64,000 nt of DNA from the human T2T-CHM13v2.0 reference genome, Homo sapiens. Numbering within the stretch: position 1 is the first letter of the stretch; each line of letters begins with the position of its first letter. The notes under the pieces are model-generated. The model had not been told where the DNA came from. It saw only the letters and a program-made list of their open reading frames with translations, and made no database searches. A program made the position numbers and the translations under genes. Below are positions 1-12,082 of the stretch, piece after piece. The stretch lies in assembly GCF_009914755.1 (NCBI RefSeq), contig NC_060929.1, one strand, 5' to 3'.

Positions 1-154
1 TTTACTAAATGTTTCACCGTTGCATGACACAGGTCACAATTTTTCTAAACTACTAAACTACTTTTGTTGTTTCCTCAACACTCACCACTGAGTTTGAAAA
101 CATCTTTTCAGGTTTTTCTTAACAACCATGCCTACTTCTAGGTTTCTATTTCAG

Positions 155-870
155 CCTCAGTCAGCTATTGCCACAATCATGGCATTCAACAAGTTACCTC
201 GAAGGTCAAGAATTAACAGTAAGTGTTAATTCTCAAGCTTGCAAATTTGCAGGGCAGTAGGTCTGAGGAACGGCTGATATTGCAGGCATGGCTGGGTGAT
301 TGCTCCCAGTTGAGGGGCAGCAGAGATTAGCTCCAGGATGTCACTGTGCTCATACCTGTTTTAGGTGTGGACATTTCAGAACTCAGGTTGGAGTTTCAAC
401 AGCTTCCATGGGGAAGCCCTTCTCGTGGCCAATCTCTGCAGTGTAAGAACCAGGACAACGCCTGTAATCCCAGCACTTTGGGAGGCCGAGGCGGGTGGAT
501 CATGACGTCAGGAGATCGAGACCATCCTGGCTAACAAGGTGAAACCCCGCCTCTACTAAAAATACAAAAAATTAGCCGGGCGCTGTGGCGGGCGCCTGTA
601 GTCCCAGCTACTCGGGAGGCTTGAGGCAGGAGAATGGCGTGAACCCGGGAAGCGGAGCTTGCAGTGAGCCGAGATTGCGCCACTGCAGTCCGCAGTCCGG
701 CCTGGGCGACAGAGCGAGACTCCGTCTCAAAAAAAAAAAAAAAGAACCAGGACAGACTTCACAGTCGCATCTAAGACCTTTGTCAGTATCTTACCACCTA
801 TTCCCCCAGGCTGTAGCAAGCCCATGGCCAATCCCAGCATCAGTAAGATGAAGTGTCCAATATCTTGCCA
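155..870. mobile_element. Degraded MLT1-like (ERVL-MaLR) LTR, interrupted by AluYb8
   Basis: Motifs reminiscent of MLT1 LTRs (agtcagctattgc...; gcaagcccatggccaatcccagcatcag). Recognised by eye; boundaries approximate. Confidence 0.4.
458..741 (+). mobile_element. AluYb8, 5'-truncated by 18 nt
   Basis: Diagnostic 7-nt duplication GCAGTCCGCAGTCCG plus Yb8 positions (GGGTGGATCATG, CTAACAAGG, GGGAAGCGG, GAGATTGCG). Perfect 13-bp TSD AAGAACCAGGACA at 445-457 and 742-754. Confidence 0.95.
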
Positions 871-2185
871 GTTTCTCTCACAGGACTCTTCCCAATGTGT
901 AATTACATGTGAACTTACTAATTTGCTTTTGGTTTTATACTGGGTTATTGTCTACATCCAATGGCTCTCACACCAGCTTCTAGGTCAGCAACTGGCAGAT
1001 AGTAACCACCTAACTATCTGGGTAAGTAAGTTATTTCATGAGATTTCTCATTCTGAATGAAAATGGGGACTCCTAGCAGTCCAACTTGTAAATGAATTCA
1101 TCATATCTAAATTACACCTAATCTCATTTCTCTGAAACCTGTTACATTTGTATTTTTTAACTCTGAAGGGGCTTAGTAGGATCTTACTACTAAGTGATGT
1201 TGGTGCATAGGAAATATTTCTTTTTTTCTCCTTCCCTGTGCCCCTACATTACCCACCTCTCATCTTTATCCTCTTCCCTGACAGCAGTGCTAAGCCTTTG
1301 CCCTGCAGATTTATTGCCTAGAATCTGCTTCCTTCAGCACATGACAATATTCAGACTGATTATTTTATTTTATTTTTTGTCTGGAGTTCCCTGGTACCTT
1401 CCCTGGTACTATATAGTATAGAAATATAATGAAAATAAATGATTTGAAGGAGAACTGTTGTTTTGCTTGTGCTTATGACAAGCATCAGCCACAGACCATC
1501 TTTTGGATCCATATGGAAACTATTGGGCAAGTCTCCCATATTAAAGGAGTCTAATCTAATCTTCAGGGTGGCACTGTGAATGCTAGGGATACTATACAGT
1601 TAGCTTTCAAGAAGCAGTAAGAATTTGCAAGAGTTTTATTCTTTTAAATCAAGGAGTCCATCATAATGAGTGCAGTATCAAGAAATAAGAGACAACCTAA
1701 TGTCTATTGGTTTGAGATCAGTTAAATGTATTATGATACACACACACACAACTTGGAATTGTGGAACGGAATAACAATATCTGATATTGACAGAGTGGCT
1801 AATATGTCCTGGGCACTGAATCACTCCATATGTGACTTATTTAACATCATCTTCTTAGACACCTTTTAACATAAATACTCTTATTGTCACTTAAAACAAT
1901 AAGATGAGTAACTGAGAGTTATAGAATTTGAGTGATTTAAGTCATTTCCATAGATACGAATTATTGAAGCAATGCATTCCGTAGATATACTAACTACTGT
2001 GTTTATAGGCATTAAATAAATGGCCTTCAAGTTCCATTGGGGATCCTTTGTTCTTATACGGGATTGGTGAGCAATTCTATTTCAGCAGGAGATAATTGCT
2101 CCCATATCACATGGCTACTGTGAGAAGTTAACAAACATGTTTCTATAGCTAATAGTATATCAGCTCATCTAAAAGTAGGCCCCCA

Positions 2186-2503
<318 letters not shown>

Positions 2504-3290
2504 TAAAAGTAAGCCCTCAACAAGGGATGCCAATTGCCATTAGTATTGATTTCCTGCTTATCTTTACTCTCTTCTTCTGGGCTCCTTAAGTTTGATAAAG
2601 TAAATTGGCATTGTACTGGACACAAAAATGTTCTATAATATTCTGTGCTTGTGAAGAATAGGAGGCTCGTTGCTCTTTTCAGTTGGGCACTTTGAGCTGC
2701 AGTGGTTTGTAGGGCATGTGATTGGGGGGTAGGAATGTTTTCCTTTGAATTCTAAAGAAGCACATTGGGAGGCCCAACCTTTCCTCTGATTATGGCTGTC
2801 TAAAGGGTTGAAGAGAAGTTGACTATGTCTCTAAAATTCCATGCAATAGATTTAGGGGTCAGGTAGGCATGAGGAGAAATGGAAGGAGAGGGGCATTGGA
2901 AAATCTAGGATGCTGGCTCTTCTTTAAGAGCTACCAGTGAGCGTAATACTCTTCAGCACTGATGCAGAGACAAAGGTGAAGGAAGTCATGATTAAAAGCA
3001 GAAAAAAGAAATGAGAAAAGGAAGAAGGAGATGAACTGAGGAGAAGAATTCCCCAGGGGAAAATAGATGGTACCAACCCTCTAGCCTTCTTTCTGTTCTT
3101 CCACTGCTCCATAACCTGTCGTCTCTATCTGGAATATTTTTCCTCTTCACTCCCAACTCTTCCTTTCTGACTTGCTTCACCTTCTCCAGGTCTTCTCTCA
3201 AACATAACCAAATCAATTTATTTGCTATATGTGCTCATGGTTCCCTATGCTTGCCTCTCAAAGTAGAACAGATCCGGGATTATTAGTATT

Positions 3291-3472
<182 letters not shown>

Positions 3473-3610
3473 ATCAACAAGGGAATGTTTATGGACTTTC
3501 CCTCCCACAGCCTGCCAAAAGGAATCATAGTTAACCAGCACCATATCTCCCTTTTTTCCCCTGCTCTGCTAAAGACGAAAGATGTTCTTGCTGGAAAAGA
3601 GACTTGCTAA

Positions 3611-4342
3611 TGTTGGAGCATAGAGAGCGATCCCCCAAAGTATGGTGCTTTGGCATGCTGAGCAGAATTTTTAAAACTTGGAAGGCCTTCGAAGCTGCCT
3701 CAGAAGCCAAAACTTACTAACCTTATCTATTTGTTACCCTCCCACCCCACATCCCCTAAAAGCACAGGGAGAGATTTTCTCTCGAATTTTCTTATCTGAC
3801 TAAGGAAACTTCTTTCTGAAAGAAATGCAATTGTCTTAAGACCCACCTCCCTAGGAATCTCATCAAATAACCAGGAAAGATTAACAAACAGAGAAGAGGC
3901 TAAAAGTCATCACCATGTTCAGGCAGACCTTTATCTCCTCTTCTGAGAGCAGCTCAGAGAGATTACCTGGAAGACCTTATCTGCACAGTAAGACAACCTT
4001 TGTTCACAATGCAGTTTTGCCCCTCACATTCCTATAAATTGCAGTTTTATAAGACAGTCAGTTACAAGATAATGTCTGCCTCCCCAGTCTATTCATTTTC
4101 CCTAAAAAATATGTACTATCCTTGTAAGATTACCTATAGTCCTTCGTTTCCCTCTCCCCTATGAAGAGGGTATTTAAGCTATAGCCATCTGGCCCTTCTT
4201 TGAGTCTCATATTTGCAGGGCTCCAGGGTCCTTGTGCAAGTAAATAAGTTTGTATGCCTTTTTCTCCTATTTATCTGTCTATGGTGAGTCATTTCAAAGA
4301 ACCTTCAGAGAGGGTGGAAGAGAAACCTTCTCTGCCCCTACA
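3611..4342 (+). mobile_element. Solo ERV1-class LTR (MER39/MER34-group-like)
   Basis: Begins TGTTGGAG...CCCCAAAGTATGGTGCTTTGGCATGCTGAG and ends CCCCTACA (TG...CA). TATA-like TATTTAAG near 4171. The 4-bp flanks CTAA/GTAA are consistent with a TSD. Confidence 0.8.
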
Positions 4343-6465
4343 GTAAAAAATAAAACAATAAGAGAGATGGACAAAGAGGGAGAAGGCAGAAAGAAAAATC
4401 ATGGAAACTTAGAATAGAGCAGGGGGTTTTGGTCAGATGGATTGGAGAAAGTAGTATCTGAATAAGATGAGAAGTGAGGGAAAAGATAATAGAAGAAAGG
4501 TCACTTTACTAGATATTGCTGTGGGCTTTATATTTAGATTATTTTAATAGCTTTTGATGGGTCTAGATAAGGAATTTGGTTCCCCTTTAATTAATTTTGG
4601 CTGTTGAGCTAGGCTCAACTTTATGCAGAGATAGAGCCACATGCTCACTCAGATATATTAGGGTTACAGAGCAGTTTATCACAGTATGTAATTATATGTT
4701 TGTGTGATTGTTTGAGTCATGTCTCTGTCCTCCTTAGGCAGTAAACAATGAAGGAGATAGGTCTATTTAAGACATAAATCATATTCCCAGCCCTTAGCAC
4801 AGCACTTGACACAAAGATGTTCAGTAAGGAGATATTGTGTAAATAAATGCTTCAGAGAAGGCCATGGGTAATGCCTGTTTCTCATTCATTTCTCCTTGCT
4901 TTCCTGGCAGAATCCCATCCATATCAATGTTATTGAATGAATCGCCCTCAATGGCTCTCCTTCCTTTGTGTTGACATTTCATCAGCGTCTTTGTGGAGTA
5001 CTAAATTTTCCTTATAAGATAATTCCCAGTGCAGGATATTTCCTACAGAAGGCCAACCATCAGGCCTGTGGTTAACGCCAGGGCCTAGAATGTTTGTTCT
5101 TAATATAGAATGTGAAAATTCTACAATCAGTGGGAAAAATGTATGCTAAGTAGATAAAAATCAGTCCCACTGTAGCATAACTCTCCAGAGAGAAGAGATA
5201 AAACTGCTTGATGCTTAAGTTAAAAAAAAAAAAAAGTAACAAAGTGTTTCCAGCTCCAGAAACTGAATTTCATTCCTAATGTAAATACAGAAGCCTCTGG
5301 AGAAGAGGATCATATTTGGAAGAGGGAAGGAAAGCAAAGGCAATTCGAGGAAGGGGCTTCTTTATTGCGCTCCAGAGCAAGGAAACAGCCCAAACAGAGA
5401 CATCAACTATTTCTTTACCAGCAGTCACAAAACTGAGCTTTATCTTGACTTTTTCATCTCCCTCAATCCCGACATTGAATCAGTCACCAAATCCTGATAG
5501 TTCTATTGCCTAAATATTTTTTAATCCTCTCTATTTTCCTCCTTTTTCTTCTCCTAGTCCAAGCTGTTCATTCCTTGCTTGGATGACTGCAATGGCCTTC
5601 TAATGTCCTCTATTTTCCCTCTGTCTCCCTCCAATTTGTTCTTTTTGTAGCAACCAAGATGGTACTTCTAAAATATAAATTGAGATCCCTTGTTTACAAC
5701 ATGGAAGACTCTCCACTCTTCAAAATTACAATAAACATATATTGTAATATGAATAATGAGAAAGTATAAATGAAGAAGAGAAGATAGCAGACATAGACAA
5801 CTCTTTTGAGATTCGCTACTATCAGGAGCAGGAGGACTGTGGCTAGCTTACAAGCAAAGTGAGGTCAAATCTTTTTTTTCCTCAATGAGATCACATTTGT
5901 AAGCTGGTCTGAATGTAAATTGAGGAAAGAGAATGTGATGGTGCTGGAGAGGGAGAAGATAATCTCAGGAGCAAAATTCTTGATGATATGATGATTTTGG
6001 AGCATGCTAGGGCAGGTGTGGCTTTGAGCATGGTGTGTTGGAAAGGGTCCACTTCACTGAAAGTGTACTTAAAAATGGATTCATTCATAAGGGTCTTTCT
6101 GCAAGGCAAACAGAATTGTTGTTGTTGTTGTTGTTTTTAAAAGCTGACCTATACTTCTGCATTGAATACAGCTACTGCAGAAGACAGAGGATTTTTTTTT
6201 CACAAGCACATGATTCCAATTTTCCATATTCCTATTTGGATTTATGGTAATAATGTTTTTTCTCATAAAGTCAGCTGCCAGGGCATTGACCAGTGCCTTC
6301 CATTACCTACTTTCCCTTATATGTTTGGAGAACTCTTATCCTATAGAACACCACTGGAGTATCCTCTTCTTTGCAGTCTTCCTTGATCTCCATGGAGAGA
6401 ACATGTCATTATGACTTTCAAATCAGGCTGTGTGAACATCACCGTTCGTAACTTATCTTTTGGTC

Positions 6466-7140
6466 AGAAGTCTCAAACTGACACTCTAGGGGATTCTGGA
6501 CTTAGTTTGGCCAAGAAAGTGTTTTTAAAACACTGTTTTTAGATAAGTTGCTGACATTTTAAAAATGAAAATTTTATGCCAGATTTTTAAATAATCTAGT
6601 AACATATCTGGCATTCTTGAGAAATGAAAGATGGGCAACACTGGGTCCACATTCTCACATGGGAGCAATTGCCTGGAGCAAGTGGGATTCTCACTTTGGA
6701 CAGAGCATGCACTTGCCAGTGGCCCCAGCCCTCCCACTCCCTGTCTGGTTGTTTTTATCCCTAGTTTACCCCCTCATTTTTTGTTTTTCTTGAGATGGAG
6801 TCTCGCTCTGTCACCCAGGCTGGAATGCAGTGGCACAATCTCGGCTCACTGCAAGCTCCACCTGCCGGTTCACGCCATTCTCCTGCCTCAGCCTCCCCAG
6901 TAGCTGGGACTACAGGCGCCCACCACCACGCCCAGCTAATTTTTTTTGGTATTTTTAGTAGAGACAAGGTTTCACCATGTTAGCCAAGATGGTCTCAATC
7001 TCCTGACCTCGTGATCCACCCTCCTCGGCCTCCCTAAGTGCTGGGATTACAGGCGTGAGCCACCGTGCCTGGCCCACCCCGATTTTTTAACCAGCATAGC
7101 CCCTATGAACAAATATGGGGCTGTGAGTTTATGAGCCTTG
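6466..7140. mobile_element. hAT-Charlie-type DNA transposon relic (MER102-like), interrupted by an Alu
   Basis: Ends cagaagtctcaaact... and ...gagtttatgagccttg resemble degenerate TIRs. Internal ggcaacactgggtccacattctcacatgg motif. Family assignment is from memory. Confidence 0.45.
6777..7074 (-). mobile_element. AluY
   Basis: Antisense full-length Alu with Y diagnostics GCAAGCTCC, CACGCCATTCTC and GACCTCGTGATCC. Confidence 0.9.
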
Positions 7141-7712
7141 CCATAGGCCCTACAGGCAGGAACTATGGCCCATTTGCTTAGTGTACCTGGCAGCTAGCAC
7201 AGTACCAGGCACGTGGTAGGTGCTCAGGACATGTTCTGAATTGAACTCCCAAGCCCCACAGTCTCATTGTGCACATCTGCACACTCCACTCACATAGTTT
7301 TTCTGTTCCTAAATGTACCTTATGTGCTCCAAAGCTCAGTGTTCTTACACCTCCCTCATTTCCTCTGCCTAAGGGGCCAGGCCCACCTGGTTAGCTCCTG
7401 CTGAGCTTTTATACCTCAGCTCAAATGTTACTTTCTCTGGAGCCTTTCCCAGCACTTCAGGTTAAATCAGATCCTGCTGCAATGTACTTTCAGAGCATTG
7501 TAGACATTTTCTTCATTACCATGATTCGTTTGTTACAGGCACTTGAGTGGCTGCTTAACGTTCATTTGCCCCACTCAAGTATGAGCTCCAAGTGGGTATA
7601 ATGTCACCATGGCCCACCGATGTATCACCATGTCTTGCCTAGCACCAGAGGCATAGGAAACGCGCAAAGTTTACAAGCATGAATGAATAAATGAACGATC
7701 GAGTGAATGAGC
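7140..7712 (+). mobile_element. L2 3'-end fragments
   Basis: ctagcacagtaccaggcacgtggtaggtgctca and a (tgaa)n-like tail at 7680-7710. Confidence 0.6.
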
Positions 7713-8637
7713 ACTTTCAAGAGGTAGCCCTTAAAGACTGTAGGGGCCAGCGTGTCAGAGGTGTGGACGTCAGCTGTGCTCTGTGGAGCATTGTGGCACA
7801 CCTGTCTCAGCCTGGCCGACCATTCTAGCATAATTTGAATATAAGTGTGTCTTTTCTGAGATGGTGTGCATCCTGAGAAAAGGGGCCTCTTGTTCAATCT
7901 TTATCTTCTGCATCTAATACAGGAAACTATATCAAACACAGAATTCAAAAGAAACATATATTGAATGGCCACACTTTTCAGCAAGTTTCTTTAAAAGGAT
8001 GGCAGCTTCTCTAACTTATATATCACTCTCTTTCATTACTCAAATCGGGCTATATTCCAAAGCCGAAACAGTGCCCACCACATGTGACTGTGTTGCAGCC
8101 ATCCTATCACCTCTGGCCATCAAGTTTCCGTTGGCCTACAGCCTATCTGCTGAGTTTTTGAGGCATTTTACAAGTATCATTAACCTCATCATGTTCAATA
8201 ACTGTAAAAGTAGGAAAATCATTGAGTGTGCATTTAGAAAGACTCATGATCATGATGGAATTTAAAGTGAAACAATTTTACATGAGTAGGTACCTATCTA
8301 GTATTTGTGGAATGTTTCACTCCTGTCCAACAGGAAAAGTATCTTATTCATGTGGGGTTAAAAAATATTGATAACAGAAGGCTCAGTTCACACATGCCTC
8401 CTCATCAATGAGCCAGGGCACATAATTAGTTGACCAGAAGGCTCGCTGGGATTAATTAGCAGCTGTGTGTGAAAAGCTTGGTTCAGATTTGTAGCACGAA
8501 GGATAGGGGTTCTAGAATGGCCACTTCCTGGATTCACAGTTCAATCACGCAGGAGGATCTCAGGGCTTGGCTGTTGAAGTTGCTGGGGGCTCTTGGCTCC
8601 TATATGGACCGGTGTGGGCATGTGCACATCCAGCTAC

Positions 8638-8655
8638 CGCCGGCAGAGGGCAGCA
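8638..8655 (+). promoter_or_regulatory. CTCF-like motif just downstream of the EBF1 3' end
   Basis: CGCCGGCAGAGGGCAGCA closely fits the CTCF core CCASYAGRKGGCRS and lies in a small patch that retains CpGs. Confidence 0.55.
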
Positions 8656-8819
8656 GTACGCTGCGCGTGTTCAATTTGCATCCCAGATTAGCAAATCCCC
8701 AAGGACCTACATAAGAAAGAGGGTGTCCCAGCACTACCCTAATTCCTTTTCACTGGGTATCAAGACTGATCTGAGTCATTGCAAACACAGACCTTTTACA
8801 TTATGTTGGACTTTGGCTC

Positions 8820-8883
8820 ATCTGAAATAGAGAAATGAATACACAACTAGGAGCTGCCATCACAGACAGGAAGTAACTTTAAT
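8820..8883 (-). terminator. Likely distal polyadenylation signal (ATTAAA) with downstream GU/U-rich element
   Basis: Plus tttaat at 8878-8883 is ATTAAA in mRNA sense. It is preceded by a U-rich tract and followed about 30 nt later by TAGTTGTGTATTCATTTCTCTATTT. Confidence 0.7.
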
Positions 8884-11800
8884 TAAATATTGTGAAAGTT
8901 GAAAAGTTTTTACAGCTTGAATTTTTGCAAAAAAAAAAAAAAAATTTAACAATCTCTACAGTAGTTAGGTTCTCTAACAATTGAACTGTACAGTGTGTGT
9001 CTATTCAAAAAGTTTTGATAAGAAGGTGAAAGGTTAGTAGATTTAGAGATGACTTCATTTAAGCTGCATCCTAGTACAATGTGAGGCCAGGGCAATGTTA
9101 TGCAATCCAGTCATCCAGAAGCTGTATTTTTTCCCCCAACACTGAAATCTTAATTTAATTCTTCATTTCATTTTCTTCTTAAAGCCATATTCTGTATTTA
9201 GGGGAACATCTTTTATTTGTAAAACTTTTGTGGAGAAGAAAGAGGATCAGAGGGCCAGAATGTCTTTTCATCTAATCAATAGAAATAGAAGCAACAAAAC
9301 ACAAATTATACACATTTTAAAGGCTCTTTGGACTTTCAAGAAGAGTTCTAACCACTGCACATGGCTGACAGATGGGTAGTGTCTGTTGTCAAGGTCTAAG
9401 CCGGACACCTTCCCGGCTGACCGTTCATTCCTTCAGAAACAGTTAAGGGGCTCACCAGATAAAATATGGCTTTAACTTGTGTACATCTTCAGGCCAGCGC
9501 TTACCACGCAAATTCAGATAACCTTTCTGAGTACCGAGAAGCAATGCGTCCACCTTGCTTACATTTTCCAGTTTTTTTTATTATTATTAGTCATCATTAT
9601 TATTTCTCACCATGAAAAACAGCTTTCCTCCCTCCCCTACCCTCCCACAACTCCCCTCCCCCACCCACCCCAACCCATAAAAATCGCACTCTTGACAGCC
9701 TAGTGAAAACCATTGCAAAATCCATATGGGGGCATGCACAGTTGCAGCATTGTTGTAAATGATTTCTTGCTCTACTAGAAAAAGTTACATTGTCTTAAGG
9801 TAACAAAACAGTTCTTTTGTGCTTTTCGATTTCTTTGTTTTTTTTTTTTTCTTTTTTTCTTTTTCTTTTTTCTTAGAATGTTAGTGATGACTGACAGTTC
9901 TGGTGCACAGTTACAATGTACAAGTGAAATGAATATGATTTGCATTGTTAAGGCATCCAATCTGCTGGTTTATATTTATGTGAAAGACAGAGGAAATATA
10001 CAAGCAGACTTAAGAAAGAAAGTATGTTCATTGATTTCTATGAAGTTTCTCCCTAGAATTTAATGCACAAAATGCGTCACTCCAAAGGGAGAGATTCCAT
10101 GCATATTAATAGAGTAAAACAGCATTAGGGTTGTTTTGTAAGCTTCCAAAGCAAAGGATACATTTTTTTTTAAATCTACTGAACTAAATACTACAAGAAT
10201 AATATGCTACTATTTTTTTTTTTTTGCCATATATTGGAAAAAACTTCTTAACTTACAAATAATACAAAAATAGACAATGACTTTTGGGTGGAAATTAAAA
10301 AAACTGAAGCATGGTTTATAACAATACTAAAAATAACTATAAATGAAATGTTTAAAAATCACATTGAAACAGCTAATACAAGTGTAGGTGACCAAACAAA
10401 TACGCACTTTTCACGTAGCAAACATACACAATAAAATAAATTGGGGGTGGAAGGAAGAGGAAGAAGGGAAAAGCAATGTACAAATTCGAAAGATAAATAC
10501 ATTATTTATATGGATATTTTACAAAATCCCCTTTAAAACAAAAAGCCTTTTAATTAACTTTGCAAGTATGTGCAAGCTAAAGGTAGTGAGCTTTTTTTCT
10601 TTGCAAAATACGCAGTAAAATCTTTTTGTGATATTGAAAAAATGTCTTAAGACATTAAAATGTATAAATAGAACAACAACTTTGGCAAAAAATCACAAAA
10701 AAAAAATCTACAGTATTTATAACTACATACAAAAACACAAGAGCAAAGAAAAAAATATCAGGCAAATGCATCCTCAGAGCTTTGCTGCATCTTTGCTATT
10801 AATTCTTATTTTTAAGAACACTTCCCAGATAATGAGAGCAAAAATTCCCATAGAACAGAAAACTATGTTTTGGAGGTCTCAACCTTCTTTTCCTTTCTCC
10901 ACCCCCGGTTCCCTTTAACTCTTAATTCCAAAGCACTTAACCTGTTGTTTCAATCTATTATGTTACAAATGGTAAGGGTCGACTGATAGAGGCAGTATCT
11001 GGAATGGGAAAATCGAAAATACCTGCCACGTTGCTTTTATCAACTTTTGGAAGATAGGTATGAAGTCTGCATTTAGGACGAGTAAACTTTAAACTTGCAA
11101 ATGGGGGAGCGTACGTGAGGTTTTGGCTTGTTAACTGGAGGGCAGAGTGTGGAATTCTGTGCCTGGACCCTGTTCCATGAAGTCTCAAAGGAGATTCTCA
11201 CACAGTATGTGTGCCACCAAGCTCTCGAGAGGCCATCGGCTTCAGAAGAAACTGACTTAAGTAAAAGGAGAGAATGAGATCAGATTTAAATATGCAGTTT
11301 TAACAATCTGTCTAGAGGCACTGGATTTTCGAGTAGAGGGAAAAATGTGATCACTTACATCGCGTTTTAACTTTCCAGGCTGCATTTATTTACACAGTTG
11401 CTTAAGACAACAATACAAAAGAGATAAATAAGCTTGCACTGCTAAGGGGTGGCATGTTAAGTTAGATATTGAAAATGCACTGTCTGAGCTAACTACCATT
11501 TGATATGCTTTAAGGCGCAAAAGCCGACCCTTAGTTTTTCTAAAAAATCTAACTGGCATTCCTATTCTGTCCCATACAAGCTTTTTTTTTTTTCCTTTTT
11601 TTCTTTTTTTTTTTTTTTACTTTTTTGTAAATATCACCACTTCATTCTTCCTTTACACAGCTTTAAAAACATCATAAATTAAAACATGGAGTCTTATTTA
11701 TAGTGTCCCTTGTATAGAGCTTTACGGTTTATAAAAGACAAATGATTGCAGAATTAAGCTTAAAAAAAAAAAAGAAAAAGAAAAAGTGGATTTGCTTTTG

Positions 11801-12050
11801 TCAATACAGAATAAATATATCCCCCAAATACTTGGGAGGTACAACTTTAACCAACACCCTGCACTTGCAGATCCCTCTTCCAATTTCAGTATTTGCAAGG
11901 TCGGTGATTTTGTTTGTTTAAAAATCTGCAGTTATTGTGATTCCTCTTAAAAAGGCCTGAGTTAAAAGTTCCACTCTGGGACTTGTATCAGATTACTCTC
12001 TGTAGCAGAATCCAACCTCTTCATTAATACAATTCTTCAAGGCAATTCTT
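8860..12050 (-). other. EBF1: EBF1 3' UTR (~3.2 kb, AU-rich, no recognisable transposon)
   Basis: Follows the stop codon. Many AUUUA and U-rich tracts in mRNA sense. Ends after ATTAAA at 8878-8883. The cleavage position is approximate. Confidence 0.8.
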
Positions 12051-12082
12051 TCACATAGGAGGAACAATCATGCCAGATATCG
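12051..12082 (-). CDS. EBF1: EBF1 terminal exon, coding part: (A)ISGMIVPPM*
   Basis: ttttctttcatag|CG ATA TCT GGC ATG ATT GTT CCT CCT ATG TGA. Matches the EBF1 C-terminus. Confidence 0.97.

Noticed and set aside
346-851. ORFs of 62 and 88 aa (and similar ones at 6631-6983, 50274-50462, 56779-57278)
   Set aside because: These are translations of Alu sequence.
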